The position numbers and the translations under genes were made by a program. A DNA stretch of 47,652 bases from an uncultured Bacilli bacterium (GTDB taxonomy: Bacteria > Bacillota_I > Bacilli_A > RF39 > UBA660): positions 1 through 47,652 of the forward strand of contig CANQYF010000001.1 in the NCBI GenBank assembly GCA_947628075.1, given 5' to 3'. How positions within the stretch are numbered: position 1 is the first letter of the stretch; the number at the start of each line of letters is the position of its first letter. Under the pieces are notes generated by a model that was not told the DNA's origin, did no database searches, and was given only the letters and a program-made list of their open reading frames with translations. Shown one piece after another: positions 39,824 to 47,652 of this stretch.

Positions 39824-41211
39824 CTGGACATACCTCCAAATTCTTGGCCTTGGACCATTTGCATTTGATATAAAGAGCTCATACTTTGTAATTTCTTTTT
39901 CATATCAACATATTCTGGTGGTAAAGTAGTCACTGCACTTTGAGCTAACTTTTCATCCATAGTGGCTTCATTTTCTTTTATATTTTCTCTATCATTTCTT
40001 GCTCTTTCATATAGTTCATCTTTTTTAAGGCCATCATCCCACTCTTGATATCTTTCAGCTTTACTTTCTATTGCATGGGCATCTGCTACAGCTTTTTTCG
40101 CATCAGATTCTAATCTTTCATTTTCTTCTTGCAAACTATATTCACCATTTCTAATATGTATTTTATCTTGTTGCAATCCTTGATTATTTGTTAAAATTTC
40201 ATCATAAGTTCTAACTGCTTTTTCAGCATATTCCATCTTACTACTAATATTATCTCTTTTTTCTTGTAATTCTTTACTTTTATCACTTTCTATTTTTAAA
40301 GCGCCATCTAATAAAGTAGTAATTTCATTTATTTTTTCATTATATTTACTATATTTTTTATCAGTTAAACTAGGATTTGTAATTAGACTTTTTATAGTTT
40401 CTAAATCTAATTGTAATTGATCAGATGCTCTTAATTTATCTAATGCTTCAGCTGAAATAGCAATTACTTTTGGTGGTAAGGCTTTTTCAATCGCTGCTAC
40501 TTCTTTTTTTATTTCTCTTTGTAATTCTACGTTTTTCTTTTCCGAATAAATTGCAGGATTTTTTAAAGTAATAGCTAAAGCATTTAAGGCTTGTTCAAAA
40601 CTAATATCTTCTTCCTTTTTTAAATCATAAGCTTCATCTATTTGAGCTTTCTTTGCTTCATATTCTGGTTTGGCTTCATTTTCAGCTGTCACAGACATAA
40701 TTTCTTGCTCAAAAGGAACACTACCTTTATTCATTAAAGAATGTCTACCTATTGTTTCAAACTCTCTTGCTACACTTTCATAATTTTGTCTTTCATTATC
40801 ATATTCTTTACCTGATGGTATATGAGCTAAAACATTATCATTTAATTTTAAACAATATTCCGTTTGTTTAAAAAATCTTTCTTGTAATTTTTCTATATCA
40901 CCATTTATATTTTTTCTTAAATCATTAATCTCTTCTATGGCTTTTTTGGCACTTTTATTTTCTTCAAGTTCTTTTTGTAAAGGTTCAAATGGCATAGTTT
41001 TAACAAACATGTTATTAACTTCAATTAATTTTGTTATATTATCTAGTATTCCTAATAATTCTCTTAATCCTAGTTTAAGTGTTCCTAACTGCTTACTTGC
41101 TTTCCCACTTAAATAAACATGATCAAAATTTTCAACAGTGCCTCTTAAAGTTGCCTCATAGCCTAAAAGACTATCGTAATTCATCAAAGATTCAAATTTA
41201 ATTGGATCCAT
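39820..41211 (-). CDS. hypothetical 463-aa charged, predicted all-helical/coiled-coil protein
   Basis: Long E/K-rich ORF with a GAGAGG RBS inside the upstream gene. No family recognised. Confidence 0.5.
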   Translation of the reverse strand: MDPIKFESLMNYDSLLGYEATLRGTVENFDHVYLSGKASKQLGTLKLGLRELLGILDNITKLIEVNNMFVKTMPFEPLQKELEENKSAKKAIEEINDLRKNINGDIEKLQERFFKQTEYCLKLNDNVLAHIPSGKEYDNERQNYESVAREFETIGRHSLMNKGSVPFEQEIMSVTAENEAKPEYEAKKAQIDEAYDLKKEEDISFEQALNALAITLKNPAIYSEKKNVELQREIKKEVAAIEKALPPKVIAISAEALDKLRASDQLQLDLETIKSLITNPSLTDKKYSKYNEKINEITTLLDGALKIESDKSKELQEKRDNISSKMEYAEKAVRTYDEILTNNQGLQQDKIHIRNGEYSLQEENERLESDAKKAVADAHAIESKAERYQEWDDGLKKDELYERARNDRENIKENEATMDEKLAQSAVTTLPPEYVDMKKKLQSMSSLYQMQMVQGQEFGGMSR

Positions 41212-41449
41212 TATTTAACCTCTCTTTCATTGTATTAATTACTTCTATAACTTCATTATCTTCGACACTTTCTAAAGATATTTCCCCATTAGTAGTTACC
41301 ACTAAATTAACATATAAAGCTATATTGTTATTATCTAATACTTTATTATCTGTATAAACTAAATAATTACCATTATCATTTTTTACATAAGCAATAATTT
41401 CATATTCTTTACCAGAAATAATGATTTTATTATTTTCTTTTATTTCCAT
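41198..41449 (-). CDS. DUF1292-like small protein
   Basis: 83 aa. GKEYEIIAYVKNDNGNYLVYTD...IALYVNLVV..GEISLESVEDNEVIEVINTM follows the DUF1292 (YrzB-like) pattern. Confidence 0.45.
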   Translation of the reverse strand: MEIKENNKIIISGKEYEIIAYVKNDNGNYLVYTDNKVLDNNNIALYVNLVVTTNGEISLESVEDNEVIEVINTMKERLNNGSN

Positions 41450-41561
41450 AAGCGTCCCTTTCTATTTTTATTCAATTATATAATAACACTTGCCCTTTTG
41501 AAAAGCAAATTAAGTGGACACACTATTTACAATCATTTCACGTCAAGTTTTCTTTAACTTA

Positions 41562-41589
41562 CAAAAAAAAAGAAGCCAATTAAGCTTCT
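41562..41589 (-). terminator. intrinsic terminator after ileS
   Basis: AGAAGC (41571-76) pairs with GCTTCT (41584-89), followed on the minus strand by a T9 run. Confidence 0.75.
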
Positions 41590-44500
41590 TCACATTTTTC
41601 AATTTGCACCATTATTTTTATACCATTAACATTTATTTCTTCTTTATCTAATTCTTTTTTAACTATATTAATTGCTAATGTTTCATTCTTAATATATTCT
41701 TCGAATTTTTCCATAACTTCCGTAAATTCATCACTTTCATAATAAATATTAATGCGATCGCTGACATCAAATTCTTGAACTTTTCTTATATTTTGAATTT
41801 TAGAAACAAATTCGCGGGCATTTCCTTCCATAATTAAATCATCAGTTAAATTAACATTTAAAATAATAAATAGATTATCTAATACTCCAACATTAAATCC
41901 TTCTTTAGAAGTTATTTTTAAATCAAACATATCTTTTGTAATAACTGTATCTTCAAATTTAACAGTTTCAGTATTTAACTCTCTTAAGTCACAAGTTTGT
42001 AAAAATTCTTCATATGCTTTAATTTTTGGACCAAATACTTTACCAACATTTTTATAATTTGGTTTTAAAGTAATATTCATATATTTAGTTAAATCATCTT
42101 CACTTAAAATTTCTTTAACATTTAATTCTTCTTTAATAAGGGGAACTAAATTACTAATTTTTTCATATATTTTACGATCAATAATTGCTTCTTTTAAAGG
42201 CGTTCTTACTTTTATTTTCGCTTCTTCTCTAACATTTCTACCAAGAGAGATAATATTTCTTACATAATCCATTTTCTCTTCTAATAAAACATCAATTACT
42301 AATTCATCACTAACTGGATAATCTTCTAAATGAACAGATTCCCCACCTGTTAAATTACGATACATTTCTTCACTTAAGAAAGGCGTAATTGGTGCAATTA
42401 ACTTAGAAAGACCAACTAAAACTTCATAAGTTGTGATGTATACTGATTTTTTAGAATTATCTAAAGTACTTCCCCAGAAACGATTTCGACATCTTCTTAT
42501 ATACCAATTTGATAAATCATCAGAAACAAAACTTGTTAAATATTTGACAACTTTATTTAAATCATATTCTTCAAAAGAATTAGTTACATTTTTGATTAAA
42601 GTATTATATTTTGATAATAACCATTTATCAATTTCTTCTCTATCTTTTATTGGCACATTACATCCATCTGTATCAATGGCATCAACATTAGCATACATAC
42701 AGAAGAAATTATAAGAATTCTTTAAGGGATTAAAGAATTTTGAATATACTTCTTTTAATCCTTCGATATCAAATTTTAAAGGTGTCCATACAGGAGAAAC
42801 ATAAGGAAGATAGAATCTTACAGTATCTGCGCCATATTCTTTAATAGTTGTAAAAGGCTCAACTATATTGCCTCTACTTTTACTCATCTTTTTACCTTCA
42901 GCGTCAAGTAGTAAATCATTAACTAAAACATTTTTAAATGGACTAACACCTTTTAAGAAAACAGATATAACCATTAATGTATAAAACCATCCTCTAGTTT
43001 GGTCGATTCCTTCACAAATAAAGTCAGCTGGAAATTGCGTTTCCCAAAAATCAACATTTTCAAATGGATAATGATATTGCGCAAATGGCATAGAGCCAGA
43101 ATCAAACCAACAATCTAGGACATCAGGTATTCTCTTCATTTCTTTACCACATTTTGGACATTTTAAATATACATTATCGATATATGGCTTATGTAAATCT
43201 AAATCATCTTTTAATGGTTTAGTAGACATTTCTTTTAATTCCGCGATAGATCCTACCATATGATTATAACCACATTCACATTTAAAGTAAGGAATTGGAC
43301 TACCCCAATAACGACTTCTAGAAACATTCCAATCTTTAGCGTTAGCTATCCAGTTAGCAAATCTTTTTTCCCCAACATAAGAAGGATACCAATTAACATC
43401 TTTATTAGCTTCAACCATTTTATCTTTAAATGCTGATACTTTAATATAATAACTTGGCATTGAATAATAAATTAAAGGAGTATGACAACGCCAACAATGT
43501 GGATAATCATGCATTACTTTTTGACGTCTAAATAATTTATCATTTTCTTTTAAATAATCAACAACTTCTTCATTAACATCAAAAACAAATTTTCCCTTCC
43601 ATAATCCAGCATTATAACAGCCATCTTTACCTACAGGGTTTAAACTTGGTAAATCATATTTTTTACCAACATTAGCATCATCTTCACCAAAAGCTGGAGC
43701 AATATGTACTATTCCTGTACCATCAGACATAGTAACATATTCATCACATGTAACATAGAAAGCTTTTTTATCTACTTCTATTTCTGGTATTAATTGTTCA
43801 TATTCTGTATATTCTAAAGTTTTACCTTTAAATGTATCTAATATTTCTGCTTCTTCACCTAAAACATCTTTGATTAATGCTGTAGCTAAAATAAATTTAT
43901 TGCCCTTAGCTAAAACTAAAGAATAATCTTCATTCGGATTTACACATAAAGCAACATTTGCTATTAAAGTCCATGGGGTGGTAGTCCAAACTAAGAAGTA
44001 GACATCTTCCCCCTTTTTCTTAAAAGGAACATATACAGTAAGAGCTTGTTCATTGACATATTCTTGAGCAACTTCATGGGAAGCAAGTCCTGTACCACAA
44101 TGAGGACAATAAGGTACTACTCTTGTTCCTTCATAAAATAAATTTTCTTCATAAAACTTCTTTAATATCCACCATTCAGTTTCAATATATTCATTTTTAT
44201 AAGTTAAATAAGGATTTTCAACATCAATAAATTGACCCATTTTACTAGTTAAATCAGTAAAAGCACTTTCATTTTCTCTAATGCTTTTACGACATTCTTC
44301 ATTAAATTTATCTATACCTAAAGCTTCAATTTCTTTTTTAGAAGAAATTCCTAATTTCTTTTCGACATGGTTTTCAATTGGAAGGCCATGAGTATCCCAA
44401 CCTACTTTTCTAATTACTTTGTAACCTTTCATAACTTTATATTTACAAATGCAATCTTTTAAATTTTTAGATACCATATGATGTAATCCAGGGAATCCAT

Positions 44501-44657
44501 TAGCAAATGCTGGTCCATCATAAAAAACAAAAGTCTTATTATTTTTTCTGTTTTCTATTTGACGAGCAGTTATTTTATTTATACCTCCCCAACTATCTAA
44601 AATATTTTTTTCAACAACTTCATATGGGCTTTTATCAAGTTCTTTAAAATTTTTCAT
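41580..44657 (-). CDS. ileS: isoleucyl-tRNA synthetase
   Basis: 1025 aa. HMVSKN (HIGH-type) region, KMSKSRGN (KMSKS), a CP1 editing domain, and Zn-binding CPHCG / CWRCH motifs. Confidence 0.96.
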   Translation of the reverse strand: MKNFKELDKSPYEVVEKNILDSWGGINKITARQIENRKNNKTFVFYDGPAFANGFPGLHHMVSKNLKDCICKYKVMKGYKVIRKVGWDTHGLPIENHVEKKLGISSKKEIEALGIDKFNEECRKSIRENESAFTDLTSKMGQFIDVENPYLTYKNEYIETEWWILKKFYEENLFYEGTRVVPYCPHCGTGLASHEVAQEYVNEQALTVYVPFKKKGEDVYFLVWTTTPWTLIANVALCVNPNEDYSLVLAKGNKFILATALIKDVLGEEAEILDTFKGKTLEYTEYEQLIPEIEVDKKAFYVTCDEYVTMSDGTGIVHIAPAFGEDDANVGKKYDLPSLNPVGKDGCYNAGLWKGKFVFDVNEEVVDYLKENDKLFRRQKVMHDYPHCWRCHTPLIYYSMPSYYIKVSAFKDKMVEANKDVNWYPSYVGEKRFANWIANAKDWNVSRSRYWGSPIPYFKCECGYNHMVGSIAELKEMSTKPLKDDLDLHKPYIDNVYLKCPKCGKEMKRIPDVLDCWFDSGSMPFAQYHYPFENVDFWETQFPADFICEGIDQTRGWFYTLMVISVFLKGVSPFKNVLVNDLLLDAEGKKMSKSRGNIVEPFTTIKEYGADTVRFYLPYVSPVWTPLKFDIEGLKEVYSKFFNPLKNSYNFFCMYANVDAIDTDGCNVPIKDREEIDKWLLSKYNTLIKNVTNSFEEYDLNKVVKYLTSFVSDDLSNWYIRRCRNRFWGSTLDNSKKSVYITTYEVLVGLSKLIAPITPFLSEEMYRNLTGGESVHLEDYPVSDELVIDVLLEEKMDYVRNIISLGRNVREEAKIKVRTPLKEAIIDRKIYEKISNLVPLIKEELNVKEILSEDDLTKYMNITLKPNYKNVGKVFGPKIKAYEEFLQTCDLRELNTETVKFEDTVITKDMFDLKITSKEGFNVGVLDNLFIILNVNLTDDLIMEGNAREFVSKIQNIRKVQEFDVSDRINIYYESDEFTEVMEKFEEYIKNETLAINIVKKELDKEEINVNGIKIMVQIEKCEEA

Positions 44658-44902
44658 AAAATCACCTTCCTAATAAAAAAATTCATAAACATAAGGACGT
44701 ATTACCGTGGTACCACCTTATTTTATGAATTTAAATTCACCTTAACATTTTTAACGCCAATGAAACGAGTTACTTTACTTTACTTCAAATAACTGACTAA
44801 AAAGTGATATGAATTAATTATTTCCTATTAGTTTGCACCAACCACTAACTCTCTTTAGACTATCATTAATTCACGTGTCTTTCTCCGTCTTTTAAAATTA
44901 CA
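44658..44902 (-). promoter_or_regulatory. T-box leader controlling ileS (inferred AUC Ile specifier)
   Basis: The minus strand reads AATGATAG, AGAGAG, GGTGCAA, ..CATATCAC.. (ATC followed by A), then AAGGTGGTACCACGG (T-box motif, about 44704-44720). Confidence 0.8.
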
Positions 44903-44908
44903 TTTTAA

Positions 44909-44937
44909 ATTATATGCAAATTTTATAAATAAGTCAA
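44909..44937 (-). promoter_or_regulatory. promoter of the ileS leader
   Basis: The minus strand reads TTGACT (44937-44932), a 17-nt spacer, then TATAAT (44914-44909). Confidence 0.6.
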
Positions 44938-44951
44938 TAATTTTGCTCAAT

Positions 44952-46721
44952 TTACACTGCTATTAAAACATTACCTGTTACACCAGCTTCTTCTAATCTC
45001 TTGTTTACCCAGTCTCTATTTTCTTCGTCTTTTACTATTATGGTTATGCCATCGGTTACCCCTCTAAACATACCGGCATAAGAAGTTACTTGACTAAAGT
45101 CCGCAATTCGCATGTCTAAAAATTCTAAGGAACTATCGCCCCAAAACATGCTACCTGTATTTGTTGCATTTTCGGTATTGAAACTAGATAAATCAAGATT
45201 TGTTATTTGACTCATTCCACTAAACATAGAGGACATATTTGTAACGCTACTTGTATTAAATCCCTTTACATTTAATTTTAACAACGACTTCATATTATTG
45301 AACATTCTTGACATATCAGTTACTTTCCCGGTGTTGAATTTTGATAGATCAAGTTCTTTTAAAGAACTTACACTTTCAAACATCATGCTCATAGTTGTCA
45401 CATTGCCAGTATAAAAACTACTTACATCTAATTCAGTGAGTGAACTCATTCCTGCAAACATACTACCCATATTTGTTACTTTCATTGTATTAAAATTTGA
45501 CACATCTAATTTGGTTACTCTACTTAAACCAGAAAACATACCATACGCAGTTGTTACTTTCTTGGTATTAAAATTCGATACATCAAATTCGCTACCTCTA
45601 ATACCAAGTCCAAATTCACTAAAATTATCTATAGTCGCGGTGTCTAATTTACTAACATCTAATTTGTCCAAACTTGCCGAGCCAACAAAACATCGCCATA
45701 CATTACTATTTAAATCACTATAAAAATTGCCAAATACAATATTTTCTAAATTGGATAGCCAAGAAAAAAAATAGCTAATATTTAATGAATATATTCTATC
45801 TTTGCTTCCTATATATAAATCATAATATTGTTCTTCTTCATCTGTCTCTTTTGAAATTTCTTCTAACCAACCTATAATGCTTCCTGCTGGCGATTGATTT
45901 TTACCAGTTCCAACGTTTGTTAAATCCCAAGTTTTAATCACTGATTCGGTATTTATATAATCAACAAAATAAATATTTTTAATATATTGTGCCCATTCTT
46001 CACTTCTAAAAGCACCGTATTGATTATTATATCCAGTACTAACTAAATAAACTGCTCTTTCACCAGTTAATTCACATTTTAAATCTGTAGTATCTATATC
46101 TATATTGATATCTTTTCCTGATATATAACTTTGGTCTGTTTCTTTATTTGTTAACTCTATATATGTTTCTATACTTTTACTATTATTTCCTACTATATCT
46201 AAACTGATTGGTATTGTTGTTTTGCCATTTGTGTTTTGAAGTGTTGATAAATCAATAACTTTGTGATTTGTTCCCCATCTTAGGAATACTTTTAAATCGT
46301 CTTGCTCTAATACTGGTAATATACTATTAACTCCATTATCAACAGTAATTGTAACATTCGCTGTACATCTATAAATATTATCGTCTTTTTTTGAGTTAGT
46401 TAGTGTAATTACTCCTATATCATGAAATCCTTCACTTTTGGTTTTAACATAATTATCTTCGTCGTCAGCATAGATTGTTCCTAAATTATCTAAGCTCATA
46501 GCAGAACCATCAACATTTAAATTTAATTTAGTAGTTGGATTTTGAATACTGGCAATAGCTACTCCCTCTGTACTTCCTGTTACTACTGTTTTATTATAAT
46601 TATTTGAGTTTACTTCCACAGCAAAATAAGCATATGATGCCCCAATTAATAATACTAACAAAAATAATATTCCTATTATTAATTTTATATCGATTAATTT
46701 TTTCTTCTTTTCTCTTGTCAT
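44952..46721 (-). CDS. membrane-anchored surface protein with BspA/DUF285-type leucine-rich repeats
   Basis: 589 aa with a Lys-rich N-terminus plus a TM anchor and no lipobox. The C-terminal half has about seven units of about 26 aa of the form LDVSNFNTxKVTNMxSMFxGxSSLxE. Confidence 0.8.
   Translation of the reverse strand: MTREKKKKLIDIKLIIGILFLLVLLIGASYAYFAVEVNSNNYNKTVVTGSTEGVAIASIQNPTTKLNLNVDGSAMSLDNLGTIYADDEDNYVKTKSEGFHDIGVITLTNSKKDDNIYRCTANVTITVDNGVNSILPVLEQDDLKVFLRWGTNHKVIDLSTLQNTNGKTTIPISLDIVGNNSKSIETYIELTNKETDQSYISGKDINIDIDTTDLKCELTGERAVYLVSTGYNNQYGAFRSEEWAQYIKNIYFVDYINTESVIKTWDLTNVGTGKNQSPAGSIIGWLEEISKETDEEEQYYDLYIGSKDRIYSLNISYFFSWLSNLENIVFGNFYSDLNSNVWRCFVGSASLDKLDVSKLDTATIDNFSEFGLGIRGSEFDVSNFNTKKVTTAYGMFSGLSRVTKLDVSNFNTMKVTNMGSMFAGMSSLTELDVSSFYTGNVTTMSMMFESVSSLKELDLSKFNTGKVTDMSRMFNNMKSLLKLNVKGFNTSSVTNMSSMFSGMSQITNLDLSSFNTENATNTGSMFWGDSSLEFLDMRIADFSQVTSYAGMFRGVTDGITIIVKDEENRDWVNKRLEEAGVTGNVLIAV
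45057..45671 (-). repeat. coding tandem repeats (about 78-nt period) encoding the LRR units
   Basis: Recurrent ...GATGT(A/C)TC(A/T)AATTT(C/T)AATAC... style units, seen as the periodic protein motif F-N-T-x2-V-T-x-M-x2-M-F. Confidence 0.7.
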
Positions 46722-46763
46722 CTATTCCCAACTTCTTTATTTATTATTCTTCTTATATATTTT

Positions 46764-46794
46764 ATTATACCACATACCCCCCCCCCCTAGGCAA
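46764..46794 (-). promoter_or_regulatory. promoter of the LRR surface protein gene with a poly-G tract in the spacer
   Basis: The minus strand reads TTGCCT (46794-46789), then a 19-nt spacer (A, G11, TATGTGG), then TATAAT (46769-46764). TGG just before the -10 gives an extended -10. Confidence 0.55.
46777..46787 (-). repeat. homopolymeric G11 (C11 on the plus strand) tract
   Basis: Counted directly as ...ACATA CCCCCCCCCCC TAGG... The track's plus-strand ORF 46604..46852 reads this stretch as YPPPL (TAC CCC CCC CCC CTA), which confirms the count. Confidence 0.95.
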
Positions 46795-46816
46795 TAAAAA
46801 AAAGCCATTTAGGCTT
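46795..46816 (-). terminator. intrinsic terminator after the tRNA pair
   Basis: Minus strand reads AAGCC-TAAAT-GGCTT followed by a T9 run. Confidence 0.6.
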
Positions 46817-46830
46817 GAAATTTGCAATTA

Positions 46831-46915
46831 TGGTGCACCTGAAGGGACTTGAACCCCCACGGATATATCCACTAGATCCTAAGTCTAGCGCGTCTGCCAG
46901 TTCCGCCACAGGTGC
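46831..46915 (-). tRNA. tRNA-Leu (anticodon TAG)
   Basis: Hand-folded 85-nt type II tRNA. Acceptor GCACCTG/CAGGTGC, anticodon stem CTAGA/TCTAG with loop CTTAGGA, a long variable arm, T-loop TTCAAGT, and an encoded CCA. Confidence 0.9.
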
Positions 46916-46926
46916 AATCATAAAAA

Positions 46927-47003
46927 TGGTGGACCTCGTAGGACTCGAACCTACGACCGCCCGGTTATGAGCCGGATGCTCTAACCAACTGAGCTAGAGG
47001 TCC
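46927..47003 (-). tRNA. tRNA with CAT anticodon, most likely lysidine-dependent tRNA-Ile2 (elongator Met not excluded)
   Basis: 77-nt cloverleaf GGACCTCTAGCTCAGTTGGTTAGAGC...CTCATAA...GGTCGTAGGTTCGAGTCCTACGAGGTCCACCA. The G1-C72 pair excludes an initiator. The sequence closely resembles my recollection of Bacillus tRNA-Ile(CAU). Confidence 0.85.
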
Positions 47004-47014
47004 ATTGCTTTTTA

Positions 47015-47043
47015 ATTATACTATAACTATTTTTAAACTGCAA
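47015..47043 (-). promoter_or_regulatory. promoter of the tRNA(CAT)-tRNA-Leu operon
   Basis: The minus strand reads TTGCAG (47043-47038), a 17-nt spacer, then TATAAT (47020-47015). This sits 11 nt before the tRNA 5' end. Confidence 0.6.
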
Positions 47044-47051
47044 CCCTAAAT

Positions 47052-47081
47052 AAAAAAAATATCAGCATTTATAACTGATAT
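47052..47081 (-). terminator. intrinsic terminator after the 140-aa gene
   Basis: ATATCAG (47059-65) pairs with CTGATAT (47075-81), followed by a T8 run on the minus strand. Confidence 0.75.
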
Positions 47082-47082
47082 T

Positions 47083-47505
47083 TTAACGTTTATCTTGTAA
47101 CATATTAAGTAAATCTATTTTAAACATATCTTTGGATGCATTTGCTTTAGAAATCATTATACCTTTATAAGTTGTAAGCTCTGACATATGGCCTTCTAAC
47201 AAGATTTTAGCTGGAGTAATTTCTTCAAGCATAACTACTTCTTCTTTTAAATGAACAGTATAAATTAATTTAACTTCACCATGAATTTGTGCAAACATTT
47301 TGTCACTTGGTAATTTAAGTTCATATTTTTCAGTTCCTAATTTCTTATTTGATTCAATCTTTTCCCCTAAAAATTTACCATTTCTTAAAGCTGGATAATA
47401 ATCAAAGTTAAGCTTTTTAAAAGCAAGCATATTATACTTCTTTAATGCTCTTTCTAATTTTTTAAATTCATTTTCATTAACGTAATCTAAAACGTAACCT
47501 TTCAT
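47083..47505 (-). CDS. hypothetical protein with a weak RelE/ParE-like core pattern
   Basis: 140 aa. YELKLPSDKMFAQIHGEVKLIYTVHLKEEVVMLEEITP resembles the beta-sheet core of RelE/ParE-fold proteins. No search was run. Confidence 0.4.
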   Translation of the reverse strand: MKGYVLDYVNENEFKKLERALKKYNMLAFKKLNFDYYPALRNGKFLGEKIESNKKLGTEKYELKLPSDKMFAQIHGEVKLIYTVHLKEEVVMLEEITPAKILLEGHMSELTTYKGIMISKANASKDMFKIDLLNMLQDKR

Positions 47506-47531
47506 TAAGACAACCCCCTAATTACGCTATA

Positions 47532-47560
47532 AGTATAGCATATAATTAAAAAAATGTCAA
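47532..47560 (-). promoter_or_regulatory. promoter of the 140-aa gene
   Basis: The minus strand reads TTGACA (47560-47555), a 17-nt spacer, then TATACT (47537-47532). Confidence 0.55.
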
Positions 47561-47593
47561 CTACTTGTATATTTTATGTTAATCCTTTTTAGA

Positions 47594-47640
47594 AATGATA
47601 CCTTATCATTAGTTAAAATGATACCATTATATCAATGATG
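47594..47640. promoter_or_regulatory. cluster of operator-like palindromes (TGATA/TATCA half-sites)
   Basis: AATGATA-CCT-TATCATT is a perfect 7-bp inverted repeat at 47594-47610. AATGATACC recurs at 47617-47625, with TGATA-N6-TATCA and ATCA-A-TGAT behind it. Confidence 0.4.
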
Positions 47641-47652
47641 TATAATATCTTT

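Noticed and set aside
39820-41211. The 463-aa protein as an LXG/T7SS polymorphic toxin. This was prompted by SLLGY and YLSGKASKQLG near the N-terminus and by small flanking genes that resemble chaperone and immunity genes.
   Set aside because: The similarity is limited to a few residues. The C-terminus is coiled-coil and low-complexity rather than a toxin domain. There is no YxxxD/E export motif in register and no T7SSb core genes (essC, esaA, esxA) in the window. I kept it only as one hypothesis in the finding.

Overview
This is a 47.6-kb chromosomal segment from a very AT-rich, low-GC Gram-positive bacterium (Bacillota). It uses the standard code: TGA acts as a stop (for example yqeH at 5740-5742), Trp is TGG, and the long ORFs are intact. 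All protein genes except rpmB and a spoIIIAH-like gene lie on the minus strand.

The backbone is housekeeping with Bacillus-like synteny. In coordinate order it contains:
- serS, yneF and mscL
- mutL, yqeH and yqeG
- polC and dnaE, only 4 nt apart
- rpmB
- the pcrA-NTase-ligA-ORF operon
- tRNA-Arg(CCG)
- rseP, cdsA, divIVA and sepF
- glyQS, tdk and recO
- the rpsU-yqeY-yqfC-yqfD-vanZ-ybeY-dgkA-era-yqzL-recO cluster
- a CDP-alcohol phosphatidyltransferase and fmt
- ileS
- tRNA-Leu(TAG) and tRNA(CAT)

serS, glyQS and ileS each carry a T-box leader. I saw no rRNA, CRISPR array, transposase or integrase.

The accessory and unusual content is:
1. A compact bacteriocin locus at 33.0-35.8 kb. It has a C39-peptidase ABC exporter, a miniature HlyD/ComB-like accessory protein, and two short double-glycine-leader peptide genes that the ORF track missed. 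Both peptides carry GxxxG motifs and a single C-terminal Cys. No immunity or regulatory gene is recognisable.
2. An 11-nt poly-G tract sitting in the -35/-10 spacer of the promoter of a BspA/DUF285-type LRR surface protein. This is a candidate phase-variation switch.
3. A translationally coupled three-gene module of unknown function (39.5-41.4 kb) next to a stand-alone YhcG-like PDDEXK nuclease.
4. A closed, structured about 115-nt element followed by an intrinsic terminator, directly upstream of a small orphan gene near tRNA-Arg.
5. An unusually short glyQS T-box leader.
6. Tandem 22-bp repeats that triplicate a TTGACA box upstream of another surface protein.

Functional calls rest on motif and family recognition by eye. 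No database search was run.
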